This document shows positions 37,957 to 48,586 of a DNA stretch of 64,000 bases, piece by piece. Under the pieces are notes generated by a model. It saw only the letters and a list, made by a program, of their open reading frames with translations, searched no databases and had not been told where the DNA came from. Made by a program: the position numbers and the translations under genes. The DNA comes from an uncultured Bacteroidales bacterium (lineage in GTDB: Bacteria > Bacteroidota > Bacteroidia > Bacteroidales > JAGOPY01): positions 3,664 through 67,663 of the forward strand of contig CAZUDV010000018.1 of assembly GCA_964619555.1 (NCBI GenBank), written 5' to 3'. Position 1 is the stretch's first letter. Every line of letters begins with the position of its first letter.

Positions 37957-39696
37957 ATGCTTAAGATCCTGTTGACTGGCTGGTTGATGTTATCAATTGT
38001 AAACATTTTGCCGGCTCAAAACCTGTTACCCGGAACCTGGAAATTTAAAACCGGCGATGATACCGCCTGGGCTGCTGTTTCATTTGACGATTCCGGATGG
38101 AATGAAATTATTCCGGGGACTGTCTGGGAAAGCCAGGGTTATCCGGGTTATGACGGTTTTGCCTGGTACCGTGCATCAGTTGATATCCCTGCTGAGCTCC
38201 GTGCTGTTGCTGAGAAATATGGTGGACTGTCACTTAAACTCGGCAAGATCGATGATGTGGACTTTACTTACTTCAATGGCGGGCTGGTAGGCGGCATGGG
38301 TACTCTTCCCCCTGATTATGTAACAAAACATAATGTCGAAAGAGATTACACGATCCCGTTTGAAAAGATATTATGGGACCGTCCCAATATCATCGCCGTA
38401 AGAGTGTTCGACCTTTACGGAGGCGGTGGAATTTACGGATTTCCAATTCAATTAGCCATAAGAGGATTATCCGGTAAACTGGTCATTGAACCGGCTTTTA
38501 CCCGGCCCGACTGTATCATTGAAAACACGGGTGAAGTCAGTATTCCAGTGAGAATCACAAACTTCTCAAAACAAAATATTTCAGGGGATCTCCACATCCG
38601 GGTAATATCCGATTTTGGGTCCCAGGTTGCCGAAGTGAATACTTCCGTTACAGTCAACAGGAAGCAGGAAATGCCATTCACATTTAATATCACAGGAGTT
38701 CATCCGGGTTTTTACAAGGCCTTTTTAACTTTCGCGGGGGAACTTGCTTTTAAACAGCAGGTTTTCGGATTTGGATATGAACCTGAAAAGATCGCCTCAC
38801 CTCCTGGTCCCCAGGACGACTTTGAAAGATATTGGAATAAAGCCAGACAGGAACTGGCTGCTGTGGATCCGGAGTTTAAAATGATCCAAATAGATTCGTT
38901 GTGCACTTCCAGGCGAAATGTTTACCTGGTGGAGATGAAATCCCTTGGAAATGTTCTGATACGCGGATGGTACTCGGCACCTGCCAAACCAGGCAGGTAT
39001 CCTGCGATCATGCTAGTGCCCGGATATTCCAGCAATATTCTTCCCGAGTATGTTGATTATGGGAATGAAATCATAGGATTTGGACTCAACATTCGGGGTC
39101 ATGGCAATAGCCGGGACGATATTGATCCAGGGTTTCCGGGCTTTTTGTTTTATGGGATTCAGAACAAGGAGACCTACATTTACCGGGGGGCTTACATGGA
39201 TTGCCTCCGCGGAATAGATTTCCTCTATTCCCGTCCGGAAGTGGATACTTCAAGGGTTGGCGTGGAAGGCTCCAGCCAGGGAGGCGCACTGACCTTTGCT
39301 ACTGCAGCCCTCGACAATAAACGGATCAAAGCCTGTGCCCCCCAGGTTCCGTTTTTGTCGGATTTCGAAGACTATTTCAGGATAACCGTTTGGCCGGGCA
39401 ACGAATTTCTCGAATACACGGAAAAAGAACTAGAAATGAGCCTGGAAGAAGTTTACACGGTCCTGAGCTACATCGACATCAAGAACCTTGCCGGCTGGAT
39501 CAAGGCGCCTGTGATGATGGGCGTAGGGCTGGTGGATGACGTTTGTCCGCCGCATATCAATTTTGCTGCCTACAACCAGGTCAGTTCAAAGAAGAAGTAC
39601 CTCGTTTATCCAACGGCCGGTCATGGCTTACCGGAGGATTTCTGGATTCAAAGTATGAAGTTTTTCAGGGAAGAATTCGGACTGAAGGAAAAGTAA
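37957..39696 (+). CDS. acetylxylan esterase / CE7-like deacetylase with an N-terminal sugar-binding-like domain
   Basis: C-terminal alpha/beta-hydrolase with a GSSQGG nucleophile elbow and a ...AGHG... His region. The N-terminal ~270 aa is a beta-sandwich (WNEIIPGTVWESQGYPGYDGFAWYR). Confidence 0.8.
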   Translation: MLKILLTGWLMLSIVNILPAQNLLPGTWKFKTGDDTAWAAVSFDDSGWNEIIPGTVWESQGYPGYDGFAWYRASVDIPAELRAVAEKYGGLSLKLGKIDDVDFTYFNGGLVGGMGTLPPDYVTKHNVERDYTIPFEKILWDRPNIIAVRVFDLYGGGGIYGFPIQLAIRGLSGKLVIEPAFTRPDCIIENTGEVSIPVRITNFSKQNISGDLHIRVISDFGSQVAEVNTSVTVNRKQEMPFTFNITGVHPGFYKAFLTFAGELAFKQQVFGFGYEPEKIASPPGPQDDFERYWNKARQELAAVDPEFKMIQIDSLCTSRRNVYLVEMKSLGNVLIRGWYSAPAKPGRYPAIMLVPGYSSNILPEYVDYGNEIIGFGLNIRGHGNSRDDIDPGFPGFLFYGIQNKETYIYRGAYMDCLRGIDFLYSRPEVDTSRVGVEGSSQGGALTFATAALDNKRIKACAPQVPFLSDFEDYFRITVWPGNEFLEYTEKELEMSLEEVYTVLSYIDIKNLAGWIKAPVMMGVGLVDDVCPPHINFAAYNQVSSKKKYLVYPTAGHGLPEDFWIQSMKFFREEFGLKEK

Positions 39697-39734
39697 TGTC
39701 ACAGTCTATGGGCACACTGAACAGCCCTTGTTGG

Positions 39735-40532
39735 TTAAAACCGAAAACAGATCCCTACCCCGTTATGATTGGAACTAAGTCCCAGGGAGGCGGATTCGCT
39801 TCGAAAAACTTTTTGCGTTTTCACGATCATGCCCTGGTCAATTAAAGAACAAAGCAAACCGGTACCGGCACAAATCCACCCCGAGGTAAAACAAAAATTG
39901 CCGAGAGCGTCGTTTCCGTGCCCATAGGCCATATAGCCCACTCCCATAAAAGCTAGTGCACCCAGGCCAAGTGACGGAATGGTAATGGAAAGGTTCCTGG
40001 CTGTCTTTAGCGATTTCAGCGTTGTCTGAAAAAGGCTGTCGTTGCCGGGTAAAGCCGTATAGCTTAAAAGCGTTTCCCTTGCCCGGGAAACCTGGGAGAG
40101 GGTACTGAACGAAAGTACAATCCTTGAGACACCCGATGTGAGGCCGACAATGGCCACCACCGGTTCATATTCTTTTATATCCTCTTCCGGATTAAGGAAA
40201 CCGCCATTGATGACCAGGGACAGGTTTGCCAAACCACCGAAGAAAAGGCCTATGGCATTGGTTTTCCGGGCCTTTTCCATCCGGTTGATGAATTCAGTCA
40301 GTAATGGATCTGAAAGATAGAGGGTATCGGTGTTTAAAATAACTGTATCGATCCGGATACTATGATTTAAATCGGAGAATACAGCCGGGCCGGTGTGAAA
40401 ACTACCCTGGCCCAGGGAGTTCAATGAAAGCAATCCGAAAGCCCATAACAAAAGATAGTCACCTGACTTCATAGCTGTAAGACCTGGAAACATTGAAGAA
40501 AGAAAGATACGAAATAATTGAGTCAAAAGCAA
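39735..40532 (-). CDS. hypothetical envelope protein
   Basis: Hydrophobic N-terminus, several Gly-rich hydrophobic segments, and an ending ...GVGICFRF (C-terminal Phe). Confidence 0.45.
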   Translation of the reverse strand: MLLTQLFRIFLSSMFPGLTAMKSGDYLLLWAFGLLSLNSLGQGSFHTGPAVFSDLNHSIRIDTVILNTDTLYLSDPLLTEFINRMEKARKTNAIGLFFGGLANLSLVINGGFLNPEEDIKEYEPVVAIVGLTSGVSRIVLSFSTLSQVSRARETLLSYTALPGNDSLFQTTLKSLKTARNLSITIPSLGLGALAFMGVGYMAYGHGNDALGNFCFTSGWICAGTGLLCSLIDQGMIVKTQKVFRSESASLGLSSNHNGVGICFRF

Positions 40533-40696
40533 GGTTTTTTTACTGGTAATCAGAAAGGTAGAATAACCATCCTTTGATTCGCAAACACATACGCAATCTA
40601 AAAGGCCTCCCTGACAAAGTGATATTTAATACGGTGAGTTAGCAGTTTTGCAAAATAAATTTCAGGAAGACCGTCACTTAATGGCTGATTCCCCTT

Positions 40697-40704
40697 CTAT
40701 CTTT
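40697..40704 (+). promoter_or_regulatory. candidate -7 box (TATCTTTG) for the sulfotransferase gene
   Basis: Exact TAnnTTTG match 23 nt upstream of the ATG at 40727. Confidence 0.4.
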
Positions 40705-40726
40705 GTACTTGATAATAAGTAAACAG

Positions 40727-41548
40727 ATGCTGCCGGAACGCCAGTTGCTTTTCAACCATATCCCTAAAACGGGAGGGATTACCATGCGCATCATCCTGAA
40801 ACGGGTTTACGGTCAGGAAAACATTTTTACCATCGACAGCAGGGACATCGGGGGCTCCCTGGAGGCATTCCGCAAGCTTACCAAGGCAGAACGCGCCGGA
40901 TACCGCGTCATTTCAGGGCACGGCGCCGAAATGTTCCGGGACCTCCTCGACAGGCCATTTCGCCTGACGATCCTGCGGGAGCCGGTTACTCTTTTTCTCT
41001 CCCAGTATCATTACCTAAAAACCAAACCGGGCACGGATTTTTACCCGGATGTCAGCAGGATGGATTTGCTGGAAGAATATATGGACTATGCTTTGAAAAA
41101 CGGACAGGATAACCTGCTTACCCGTTACCTTTCAGATTCCATGCAATTTCTGATTGAACCGGGCACCGTGGTCCCGGATCTGCAGCGGGATGGAGAAACG
41201 TTGCTGGAAAGAGCCATGGAGAATCTGAACCGGTACGATGCTGTCATTGACCTGGCACGGTTCGATGACGGGATCTTTGACCTGTCCCGGCTTCTGGAAT
41301 GGAAAAAGGTCCCCATCTACAGGCCAAGCAACCGGAATCGCTACGATACCTCACCGGAATTAAGCCGGAAAGACACGTTGGATGCTCTCCGGCATATCCT
41401 TCGCTTCGACATCAAGCTGTATGATGCCTTCCGGCAGGCCGACCAGGCGCAATCCGTACAAACCAAACGGCCGGTTGCCAGGATCACTGCTTTCAGGTTA
41501 CGACAGAAAGGAATTGCATGGGTCGCCAGGGCCCTTGGAAAATTCTGA
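40727..41548 (+). CDS. sulfotransferase family protein (carbohydrate sulfotransferase-like)
   Basis: LFNHIPKTGGITMR matches the HIPKTGG(T/S) PAPS 5'-phosphosulfate-binding loop of the family. Start trimmed to the ATG at 40727. Confidence 0.7.
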   Translation: MLPERQLLFNHIPKTGGITMRIILKRVYGQENIFTIDSRDIGGSLEAFRKLTKAERAGYRVISGHGAEMFRDLLDRPFRLTILREPVTLFLSQYHYLKTKPGTDFYPDVSRMDLLEEYMDYALKNGQDNLLTRYLSDSMQFLIEPGTVVPDLQRDGETLLERAMENLNRYDAVIDLARFDDGIFDLSRLLEWKKVPIYRPSNRNRYDTSPELSRKDTLDALRHILRFDIKLYDAFRQADQAQSVQTKRPVARITAFRLRQKGIAWVARALGKF

Positions 41549-41567
41549 AGATAAAAAGGATTGGGGA

Positions 41568-42428
41568 TCAGAAGAAAATCCGGATCAGTAACCGCAGGGC
41601 AATGCCTGCCAGGAACCCGTAAAGGATAAACTGTCCAAGGCTTTTACCGACAGGCTGGTCTGACGGTACGAATCCATCGAGCACTTCGATGTTCTGGTTG
41701 AACTCCATCGAGCCTTTCACCTGCTGGATCCGGTCGTGAAGGGCCAGCGCTTCCTGGAGCAGTTCCATCCTGGTTATCGCTTTTTCATCGTTGATCCCTT
41801 CTTTCCGAATGATCAGCAGGCTGCTCAGCGAATCCACCACATTGAGCCTCCGCTGCATAAAAACCAGGTCCTGTTGCGATTTTTTCAGCATATAGTTCAG
41901 TCGGTCCTGGATGAAGGCAGTATTGTTCAGGTATTTTACAATGGCCGGTTGCAACGCTTCGAATATGGCTGGATCTGTCGAAGTGACCTTAATGTAGAAA
42001 GGGATCTTTTCCGTGCTCAGGTCAGTGGTCAGGTCTTCGTTACGAATATTATACCCTGCAATGGAACGGATCTTTTTAACCGGTCCGGAAGGCATCTCCA
42101 GGTATTTTGAAAGGGCCTCTTCATCGCCTGATTTCACAAGCACTTCAAGCTTCCGCAACATGTCGGCATAAATCTTTTTCTCATAATGGACGTAGGAAAC
42201 GGTCATTTCCGATTCATAGACACGGGGCTTAAGCATAAAATACCCCGCTGAGATCGCAGCAGCCAACAATCCATACAAAAGGAACGATACGATATTCTTT
42301 CTTAGAAAATTTCTGAACGACAGAAACATGGCTGCCAGGAAACCTCTTCCTTCAGCTGCCTGGAGCTGGAGCGCTTCCCAGACTTTTCTGCCTTCCTGTT
42401 TCGATTGATTCAATTGTTCCTGATCCAT
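41568..42428 (-). CDS. Wzz-like polysaccharide chain-length determinant (topology-based call)
   Basis: TM helix, then a ~200-aa helical/coiled periplasmic region, then a C-terminal TM helix (FILYGFLAGIALRLLIRIFF). Confidence 0.55.
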   Translation of the reverse strand: MDQEQLNQSKQEGRKVWEALQLQAAEGRGFLAAMFLSFRNFLRKNIVSFLLYGLLAAAISAGYFMLKPRVYESEMTVSYVHYEKKIYADMLRKLEVLVKSGDEEALSKYLEMPSGPVKKIRSIAGYNIRNEDLTTDLSTEKIPFYIKVTSTDPAIFEALQPAIVKYLNNTAFIQDRLNYMLKKSQQDLVFMQRRLNVVDSLSSLLIIRKEGINDEKAITRMELLQEALALHDRIQQVKGSMEFNQNIEVLDGFVPSDQPVGKSLGQFILYGFLAGIALRLLIRIFF

Positions 42429-42511
42429 ATCGTATAAATAAAATTACCTGTGATCAATATTAAAGGCAAATAAAGGGAATATTGCTGAATTTTAACCATT
42501 TTTGTATTGAA

Positions 42512-43954
42512 ATGGCCATTAGTTCTACAAATGTAAGAAATTCGAGCTGGAATCTGGCGAATATCTTATTGTATCCCGTTGCATTTCTCGCCGTCACACC
42601 ATTTTTCATCAACCGGATGGGGGAAAATGTATTCGGGGAATGGATGCTCGTCAACTCCTATGTTTACATTGCGGTACACCTGGTAGGTTTCGGATTGCCT
42701 GCATCCATCACGGCGCATGTTGCCGAAGCCATTGGCAAAGGTGACGACCGCAAGCTGTTTGCCTATATCAATGCATCTTCCAGGTTGCTCCTCAGGATGG
42801 TTCTCCTTACGGTCGCCTTCGGATTCTTCCTGTTGACCGCCTGGCTTCTGGGCATAGGTATCTTTGACGACCGCATCTGGAAAGCACTGATCGTGGCCAC
42901 TTTCCTGATCGCGATAAGGTTCCCGGAATTACTGTACCAGGGTATATTCAAGGGGCAGGAACATTATCACAAGGCGGCCATTTTCAACATGCTGAACCGG
43001 TTTATCACGCTGGGCGCCCAGGTTGTGATGGTATGGAAAGGCTATTCCCTTCCGGCCATCTTCGGCGCCGCACTGGTCACCAGCTTCCTTTCCTTAATCC
43101 CCCAGGCATTCATTATTTACCGGGGGCTCCGCGGATACAGCCCCATTCTGTTCAGGAGCCTGCCTGAAAAGCATGAATTGTACCACTTCGGATTCTGGAC
43201 CTGGATCCAGACCATCATTGCCATCGCTGCCTACCAGCTGGACCGTTTCCTGGTCGCTTTTTTCCTGGGCACTGCCACCGTCACTTATTACGTACTGGCT
43301 TCCACCATCGCAAACCATCTGCATATGGCATTTGAAGCGATGGTTAGCTGGCTGCTGCCGAGGGTATCCCGGATGCAAGCTGCCACCAGGGATACACGAC
43401 CCTACTTCAGCACAACCCGGGCCTTTTCCATCGGATTCCCGTTGCTTGTATTGAGCACCCTGTACTTTGTCTCAGAGCCATTGTTCACGCTTTGGCTGGG
43501 AGAAGATAAATACCTGAAGATGGTGGATTTCTTCAGACTTTTCCTGGTTTTCGAAGCATTCCTCATCCTCTCCGTCGTGCCGAAATATTACCTCAACGCC
43601 ATCCGATCCCTGCATTTCATCACCCTGCTGGAACTCATGTACAAGTCCGCCATCATCGTCGGGATGATCGCCTGTTTCTACTTCTACCGGTCGGCCGGGA
43701 GCCTGATCTGGGGACAGATCATCGCTTTGATTATCTTTATGCCGGTGGAATACATGCTGATCAATAACAGGATATTGAAGGAGAACTGGTTCAAGGAGAC
43801 TATTCTGACCTCACTCCCGTCGGTTTGCATTATGGGCATAATCCTGCTGCCCGACAGGGATGCTTCCTTCATTGCTTTCCTGCTGGCAGCGTTGATCTTT
43901 TGGATGGTGTACCTGAAAGACCGCTATTTTGACATCAAACTGATCAGGGAATGA
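42512..43954 (+). CDS. polysaccharide flippase (Wzx-like, MOP superfamily)
   Basis: About 480 aa with 12-14 TM helices, first gene of the overlapping operon. ATG at 42512 preferred over the TTG at 42482. Confidence 0.75.
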   Translation: MAISSTNVRNSSWNLANILLYPVAFLAVTPFFINRMGENVFGEWMLVNSYVYIAVHLVGFGLPASITAHVAEAIGKGDDRKLFAYINASSRLLLRMVLLTVAFGFFLLTAWLLGIGIFDDRIWKALIVATFLIAIRFPELLYQGIFKGQEHYHKAAIFNMLNRFITLGAQVVMVWKGYSLPAIFGAALVTSFLSLIPQAFIIYRGLRGYSPILFRSLPEKHELYHFGFWTWIQTIIAIAAYQLDRFLVAFFLGTATVTYYVLASTIANHLHMAFEAMVSWLLPRVSRMQAATRDTRPYFSTTRAFSIGFPLLVLSTLYFVSEPLFTLWLGEDKYLKMVDFFRLFLVFEAFLILSVVPKYYLNAIRSLHFITLLELMYKSAIIVGMIACFYFYRSAGSLIWGQIIALIIFMPVEYMLINNRILKENWFKETILTSLPSVCIMGIILLPDRDASFIAFLLAALIFWMVYLKDRYFDIKLIRE

Positions 43955-45171
43955 AAAGGGACCCGTCATACTACGCCTATCTCAGCTATTTCATCTTGTA
44001 TTTCTTCTTTAACAACCTGTTATTGAAAGAAGGCCTGCTCTACACCACCCTGATGGCACCTTTATTCGTTTACTGGCTATTCAAGCAGAACCGTCTGAAG
44101 GATATGCTGACCTGGGCTCTCCTGCTAATCATCCCCATTCCGTTCCATTTGATACTCGGGGTCGATGCCTCAACCTACGTCATCTCTTCGCTCTTGGTCG
44201 CAGCTGCCTGGATTTTCCTTTTCACGGCCCTGGAAACCGTCCGGAACACCCTTCCGGGTATGGATGATCTCTTTAAAAAGATATTGATTGTCAATGCCAT
44301 ATTGGTCATGGTGGCGTTACTCCTCCTTCCATTCCCTTTTATCCGAGATATAATGTGGGATTCGGTGCCAATGTCAAAGAACCTGGAAGCCATCCCGCGT
44401 CTCAAACTGCTGGCTTACGAGCCATCCCACTACGGGCTCCTGCTGTCGCCGGTAATCTTCTATTTTTTTCTGCAGATATTCACCGGTAAGGCTTCGCATC
44501 CGTTACTGACGGCTTTGGCAGTCGGATTGCCGCTGTTGCTCACTTTTTCTTTCGGGATCATCGGTGCCATGTTCCTCGCTACCGGGATCGGTTCGATCGC
44601 ATACTTTCACCGGTTTTCCCATAATTCCAGGAGGCTGTACCTCTATGGGCTGGGATTCCTTCTGGTGACAGTGATCGGATTGTGGGTATTCTGGCCGGGC
44701 AATCCGTTGTTCACCCGATTGGGAAACATCCTGGAGGGATCCGACAGTTCTTCGAAAGGAAGGCTGTTTTACTCTTTCATGTTCGCGAAAGACCTTGTGG
44801 CAGAGCATGCCGCATGGCTGGGAGTTGGGCCCGGCCAGATCAAAGTCCTGGCGCACGACCTCATTATTAATTTTTATCAATATACCGGACACTATTCAGA
44901 GGTGGTGCGGATCCCTAATTCCATGGGCGAAATGCTGGCCACTTACGGCATTTATGGATTTGTGCTAAAGATCGTCCTGGAGCTATGGTTCTTTGTGAGG
45001 ATGAAAGTTTACAAAAACCTTTACTGCCTGACGCTGTTTGCATTCATATTCATATACCAGTTTACCGGGAGTTTCCTGGTCAATGCGGCAGAGATTGGGA
45101 TATGGGCCTTTGTCTTCATGGGCCGGTTTGAAAAATTCGAACTCGAAAACTTAAAGGAAGGCACATCATGA
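43951..45171 (+). CDS. Wzy-like polysaccharide polymerase (polytopic membrane protein)
   Basis: 406 aa and multi-TM, with ATGA overlaps to both neighbours. Assignment by topology and context. Confidence 0.55.
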   Translation: MKRDPSYYAYLSYFILYFFFNNLLLKEGLLYTTLMAPLFVYWLFKQNRLKDMLTWALLLIIPIPFHLILGVDASTYVISSLLVAAAWIFLFTALETVRNTLPGMDDLFKKILIVNAILVMVALLLLPFPFIRDIMWDSVPMSKNLEAIPRLKLLAYEPSHYGLLLSPVIFYFFLQIFTGKASHPLLTALAVGLPLLLTFSFGIIGAMFLATGIGSIAYFHRFSHNSRRLYLYGLGFLLVTVIGLWVFWPGNPLFTRLGNILEGSDSSSKGRLFYSFMFAKDLVAEHAAWLGVGPGQIKVLAHDLIINFYQYTGHYSEVVRIPNSMGEMLATYGIYGFVLKIVLELWFFVRMKVYKNLYCLTLFAFIFIYQFTGSFLVNAAEIGIWAFVFMGRFEKFELENLKEGTS

Positions 45172-46244
45172 AAATTGCCATGATCGGCCGTTCTTCCCTG
45201 TTCAAGGTCACCGGCGGGGATACTATCCAAATGGTCAGGACCTCTGAAGCCCTGAAACGGCTGGGAATAGAAAGCGTCATACACCTTGCCTCGGACAGGA
45301 TCGATTATACATCTTACAACCTCCTGCACCTTTTCAACCTGCTGCGACCCGCCGATCACCTGGCGCACATCCGAAAGAGCCGTAAAAAATATGTCGTCAG
45401 CACGATCTACCTGGATTATACCATGTTTGACCGATATGGAAGGAGCCTTCCTTACCGGTGGCTTTTCCGCGCCTTGGGAAAGCACCCGTCGGAATATTTC
45501 AAAAACCTTTACCGTTTTGCACGGAAACAGGATGTGATGGCCAGCATGGAATACCTGCTGGGACAAAGGAGGAGCATTGCGAAGATCCTGTCCCGTGCAT
45601 CGGTCATCCTGCCGAATTCCCGGGCCGAATACCTGCGGGTGGTGAAGGATACGGGCTTCACAGGACAATATGTTGTCATCCCGAACGGAATCGATACCGG
45701 AGTGTTTTCGACGATCCCGGCGGATATCCGGCGGCAGGAAAAAGTCGTGTGCGTGGCGCAGGTATACGGGATGAAGAACCAGCACAGGCTGATAGAAGCT
45801 TGCATGAAACTGGACATACCGTTGGAGATCATCGGCAAGGCCCCGCCCAACCATACAGCTTATTACGAGCACTGCCGCAGGATGGCGGGGAGCAGGGTTC
45901 AATTTTTCGATTTTATGCCACAGGCTGAATTAATCCGTCACTATGCCGGGGCTAAGGTGCACGCTCTGCCAAGCTGGTTCGAAACCACGGGGTTGACTTC
46001 CCTGGAAGCCGGTGCTATGGGGTGCAACCTTGTCGTGGGAGAAGGTGGCGATACGAAGGATTATTTCAGGGACCTGGCCTGGTATTGCCAGGCAGGTGAC
46101 CTGGAGAGCCTGGTCAAAGCCCTGGAGGGAGCGCTCCATTCCGGCACCGGAGAAAAGCTCAGGGACCTGGTCCTGTCGGAATACACCTGGGAAAAGGCGG
46201 CGCAAAAAACACTCCAGGCATACCAAACTGCATTGAATGAATAA
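45168..46244 (+). CDS. glycosyltransferase family 4
   Basis: GT-B with FETTGLTSLEAGAMGCNLVVGEGG (EX7E region). Confidence 0.85.
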   Translation: MKIAMIGRSSLFKVTGGDTIQMVRTSEALKRLGIESVIHLASDRIDYTSYNLLHLFNLLRPADHLAHIRKSRKKYVVSTIYLDYTMFDRYGRSLPYRWLFRALGKHPSEYFKNLYRFARKQDVMASMEYLLGQRRSIAKILSRASVILPNSRAEYLRVVKDTGFTGQYVVIPNGIDTGVFSTIPADIRRQEKVVCVAQVYGMKNQHRLIEACMKLDIPLEIIGKAPPNHTAYYEHCRRMAGSRVQFFDFMPQAELIRHYAGAKVHALPSWFETTGLTSLEAGAMGCNLVVGEGGDTKDYFRDLAWYCQAGDLESLVKALEGALHSGTGEKLRDLVLSEYTWEKAAQKTLQAYQTALNE

Positions 46245-47343
46245 AAAGAAACTATCGGTTGCTATCCTGGGGTCCAGGGGGATCCCTAACCGTTACGGCG
46301 GATTTGAGGCCTGTGCGGAGGAGCTTGGTATCCGCCTTGCACGAAAAGGGCACAGGGTCGTGGTATACACCACCTCCGACCATCCCGAAAAAGCTGCTTC
46401 CTGGAATGGGGTCATCCGGATCATGAAGTGGAATCCGGAAAACATTTTCGGAACATTCGGCCAGTTCGTTTACGACCTGGTCTGCAACCTGCATAGCCGC
46501 AAGGCCGGATTTGATGTCATCCTGCACCTCGGCTATACCAGCGATTCAGTCTGGCATTGGCTGTGGACCGGCCGCAGTTGCCATATAGTGAACATGGACG
46601 GGCAGGAATGGAAACGGCAAAAATACAACCGAATGGTCAGAGGGTTCCTGAAAAGGGCCGAAATGCTGGCTACGCTCCGGAGCGACTGGCTCGTGGCGGA
46701 TTCCCCGGTGATCGCGCAATACCTCAGTGAAAAATACAGGGCCCCGGTCCGCTATATCGCTTACGGTGCCAGGATACCAGAATCATATGACGAGGATTTG
46801 GTCCGGTTGATGGGCCTGGCGCCTTTGGGATACGACCTGCTGGTTGCCAGGATGGAACCTGAAAACAACATTGAATTGGCGATCCGGGCTAAACTGGGAT
46901 CTTCCGATCCCATGCCGCTGGTGATCGTAGGCAATGACAACAGGTACAGACGCCGGTTGATGGCCATTTACGCCCATCGTGACCGGATCTTGTTCAAAGA
47001 CGCCATCTACGACGAACGGAAGATCGACAGCCTGCGGCATTTCAGCAGGCTTTACCTTCACGGCCATTCGGTCGGGGGCACCAATCCATCCCTCCTGGAA
47101 GCCATGGCCTGCAGGTGCCGCATTGTCGCACACAGAAATCCATTCAATGAGCATGTGCTGGGTGAGGATGCCCTTTATTTTTCTTCTGAAGATGAACTCA
47201 GAAACCACTTTGACGCGCCCATGCCAGGGATATTCACAGCCTTTGTCCGGAACAATCTGGACAAGATCCGCCGGGATTATAACTGGGCGGTCGTCACGGA
47301 TGCCTACGAATCATTATTCTATGAAGCGAAGGATCTTAGATAG
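46237..47343 (+). CDS. glycosyltransferase family 1 with a DUF1972-type N-terminus
   Basis: VAILGSRGIPNRYGGFEACAEELG opening and HGHSVGGTNPSLLEAMA. Confidence 0.85.
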   Translation: MNKKKLSVAILGSRGIPNRYGGFEACAEELGIRLARKGHRVVVYTTSDHPEKAASWNGVIRIMKWNPENIFGTFGQFVYDLVCNLHSRKAGFDVILHLGYTSDSVWHWLWTGRSCHIVNMDGQEWKRQKYNRMVRGFLKRAEMLATLRSDWLVADSPVIAQYLSEKYRAPVRYIAYGARIPESYDEDLVRLMGLAPLGYDLLVARMEPENNIELAIRAKLGSSDPMPLVIVGNDNRYRRRLMAIYAHRDRILFKDAIYDERKIDSLRHFSRLYLHGHSVGGTNPSLLEAMACRCRIVAHRNPFNEHVLGEDALYFSSEDELRNHFDAPMPGIFTAFVRNNLDKIRRDYNWAVVTDAYESLFYEAKDLR

Positions 47344-48586
47344 GTTATTGCCCTGGCTGTGGGCTGCCATCTGGTTCACGCTGTCCGTTTCACCGAGGGC
47401 CAATGTGTACAGCATGATACTTTTTACCTTAACCGCATTATTGCCGGCCTTAAGTTCGAAACCCATGCTCCGTCGACAGCAATTGATCCTGGCCGGCGGA
47501 TTCCTGCTTTTCTTTGTTTGGACAGCTGCGGGGGTCTTTTATGATCCCGAAGCACCGCTGGTATGGAAAGGGTTAGAAAAGAAAAGCTCGCTCCTGGCCA
47601 TTCCCGTGATCATTTTCCTGGCCGATAATACGGTGAAGGACCTCTCCAAGTGGGCGATCCGCGGATTCCTGGGTGGGCTGGCCTTTTCCGGGATTTCCCT
47701 GGTTGTCATGGCATTCTTCCATATGCTGGACGGGCGACCGATGCAGGAATACCTTTACCATGGCTTCACCCGTCCTGTGGCCCTCGGAGCCACTTACTAC
47801 TCCTGTTACCTCTCCTCGGCTATCTTTTTTCTTCTGATCCGCCGGAGTGAGCCTTTCATCGAACGGTTCAAAATGCCGCTGACGTTTTTCTTCATGCTCC
47901 TTCTCCTGCTGGCGGCTTCCAAGCTGTTCATCATCCTTACCATCCCGGTGATCACCTGGTATGTATTGAAAAGATCTGCGTTAAAACAAAGCAAATTCCG
48001 CTGGCTGACCCCGCTAATTTTGTTTTTACTCCTGCTCGGTGCATCGGTTCCCTTCCTTTCCAGGATATCCGAATTGAAGAATACGGACCTCAAGGTAGTA
48101 TTTCAGCAGGAATACCGCTATGACACTCCTCTCAACGGCCTGACTTTCAGGATGGTTCTCTGGAGGTTCGCCGGAGAAATCCTGACGGAAGAAAAAGCCT
48201 GGCTGACCGGCACGGGCATCGGCAGCAGGCAACAGGTGCTTAATGAACGGTACAAGGCCAGTGGAATCTACACCGGGAACCCGGACCTGGGCGATACGGG
48301 TTATCTGGGTTACAATTTCCACAACCAATATCTCGAAACCCTCGTCGGGAGCGGAATCCCGGGATTACTCCTCCTGCTTTCCATAATATTGTTCATTTTT
48401 TTTGCTGACAGAAACAAACATTTTTTCCCTTTGTCGGTTTATGTATTGCTAGTAATGTTTTTATTCACGGAATCGATGCTGGAACGTCAAGCCGGAATCG
48501 TTTTCTTCTCCCTGGTCTGGACCATGGGCGTTATATCCGGAAGCAATCATAAACATAATGGAAACCTCATCGACCATAACCCTTAG
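47321..48586 (+). CDS. O-antigen ligase/polymerase family membrane protein (Wzy_C-like)
   Basis: Multi-TM with TGTGIGS...NFHNQYLETLVGSGIPGLLLLL. Start set at ATG 47321; the track ORF start at 46979 lies inside the GT1 gene in another frame. Confidence 0.75.
   Translation: MKRRILDRLLPWLWAAIWFTLSVSPRANVYSMILFTLTALLPALSSKPMLRRQQLILAGGFLLFFVWTAAGVFYDPEAPLVWKGLEKKSSLLAIPVIIFLADNTVKDLSKWAIRGFLGGLAFSGISLVVMAFFHMLDGRPMQEYLYHGFTRPVALGATYYSCYLSSAIFFLLIRRSEPFIERFKMPLTFFFMLLLLLAASKLFIILTIPVITWYVLKRSALKQSKFRWLTPLILFLLLLGASVPFLSRISELKNTDLKVVFQQEYRYDTPLNGLTFRMVLWRFAGEILTEEKAWLTGTGIGSRQQVLNERYKASGIYTGNPDLGDTGYLGYNFHNQYLETLVGSGIPGLLLLLSIILFIFFADRNKHFFPLSVYVLLVMFLFTESMLERQAGIVFFSLVWTMGVISGSNHKHNGNLIDHNP

Noticed and set aside
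46979-47320. N-terminal 114 codons of the 535-aa track ORF.
   Set aside because: This part lies inside the DUF1972-GT1 gene in another frame and is not hydrophobic. The membrane protein plausibly starts at ATG 47321 (MKRRILDRLLPWLWAAIWF...).
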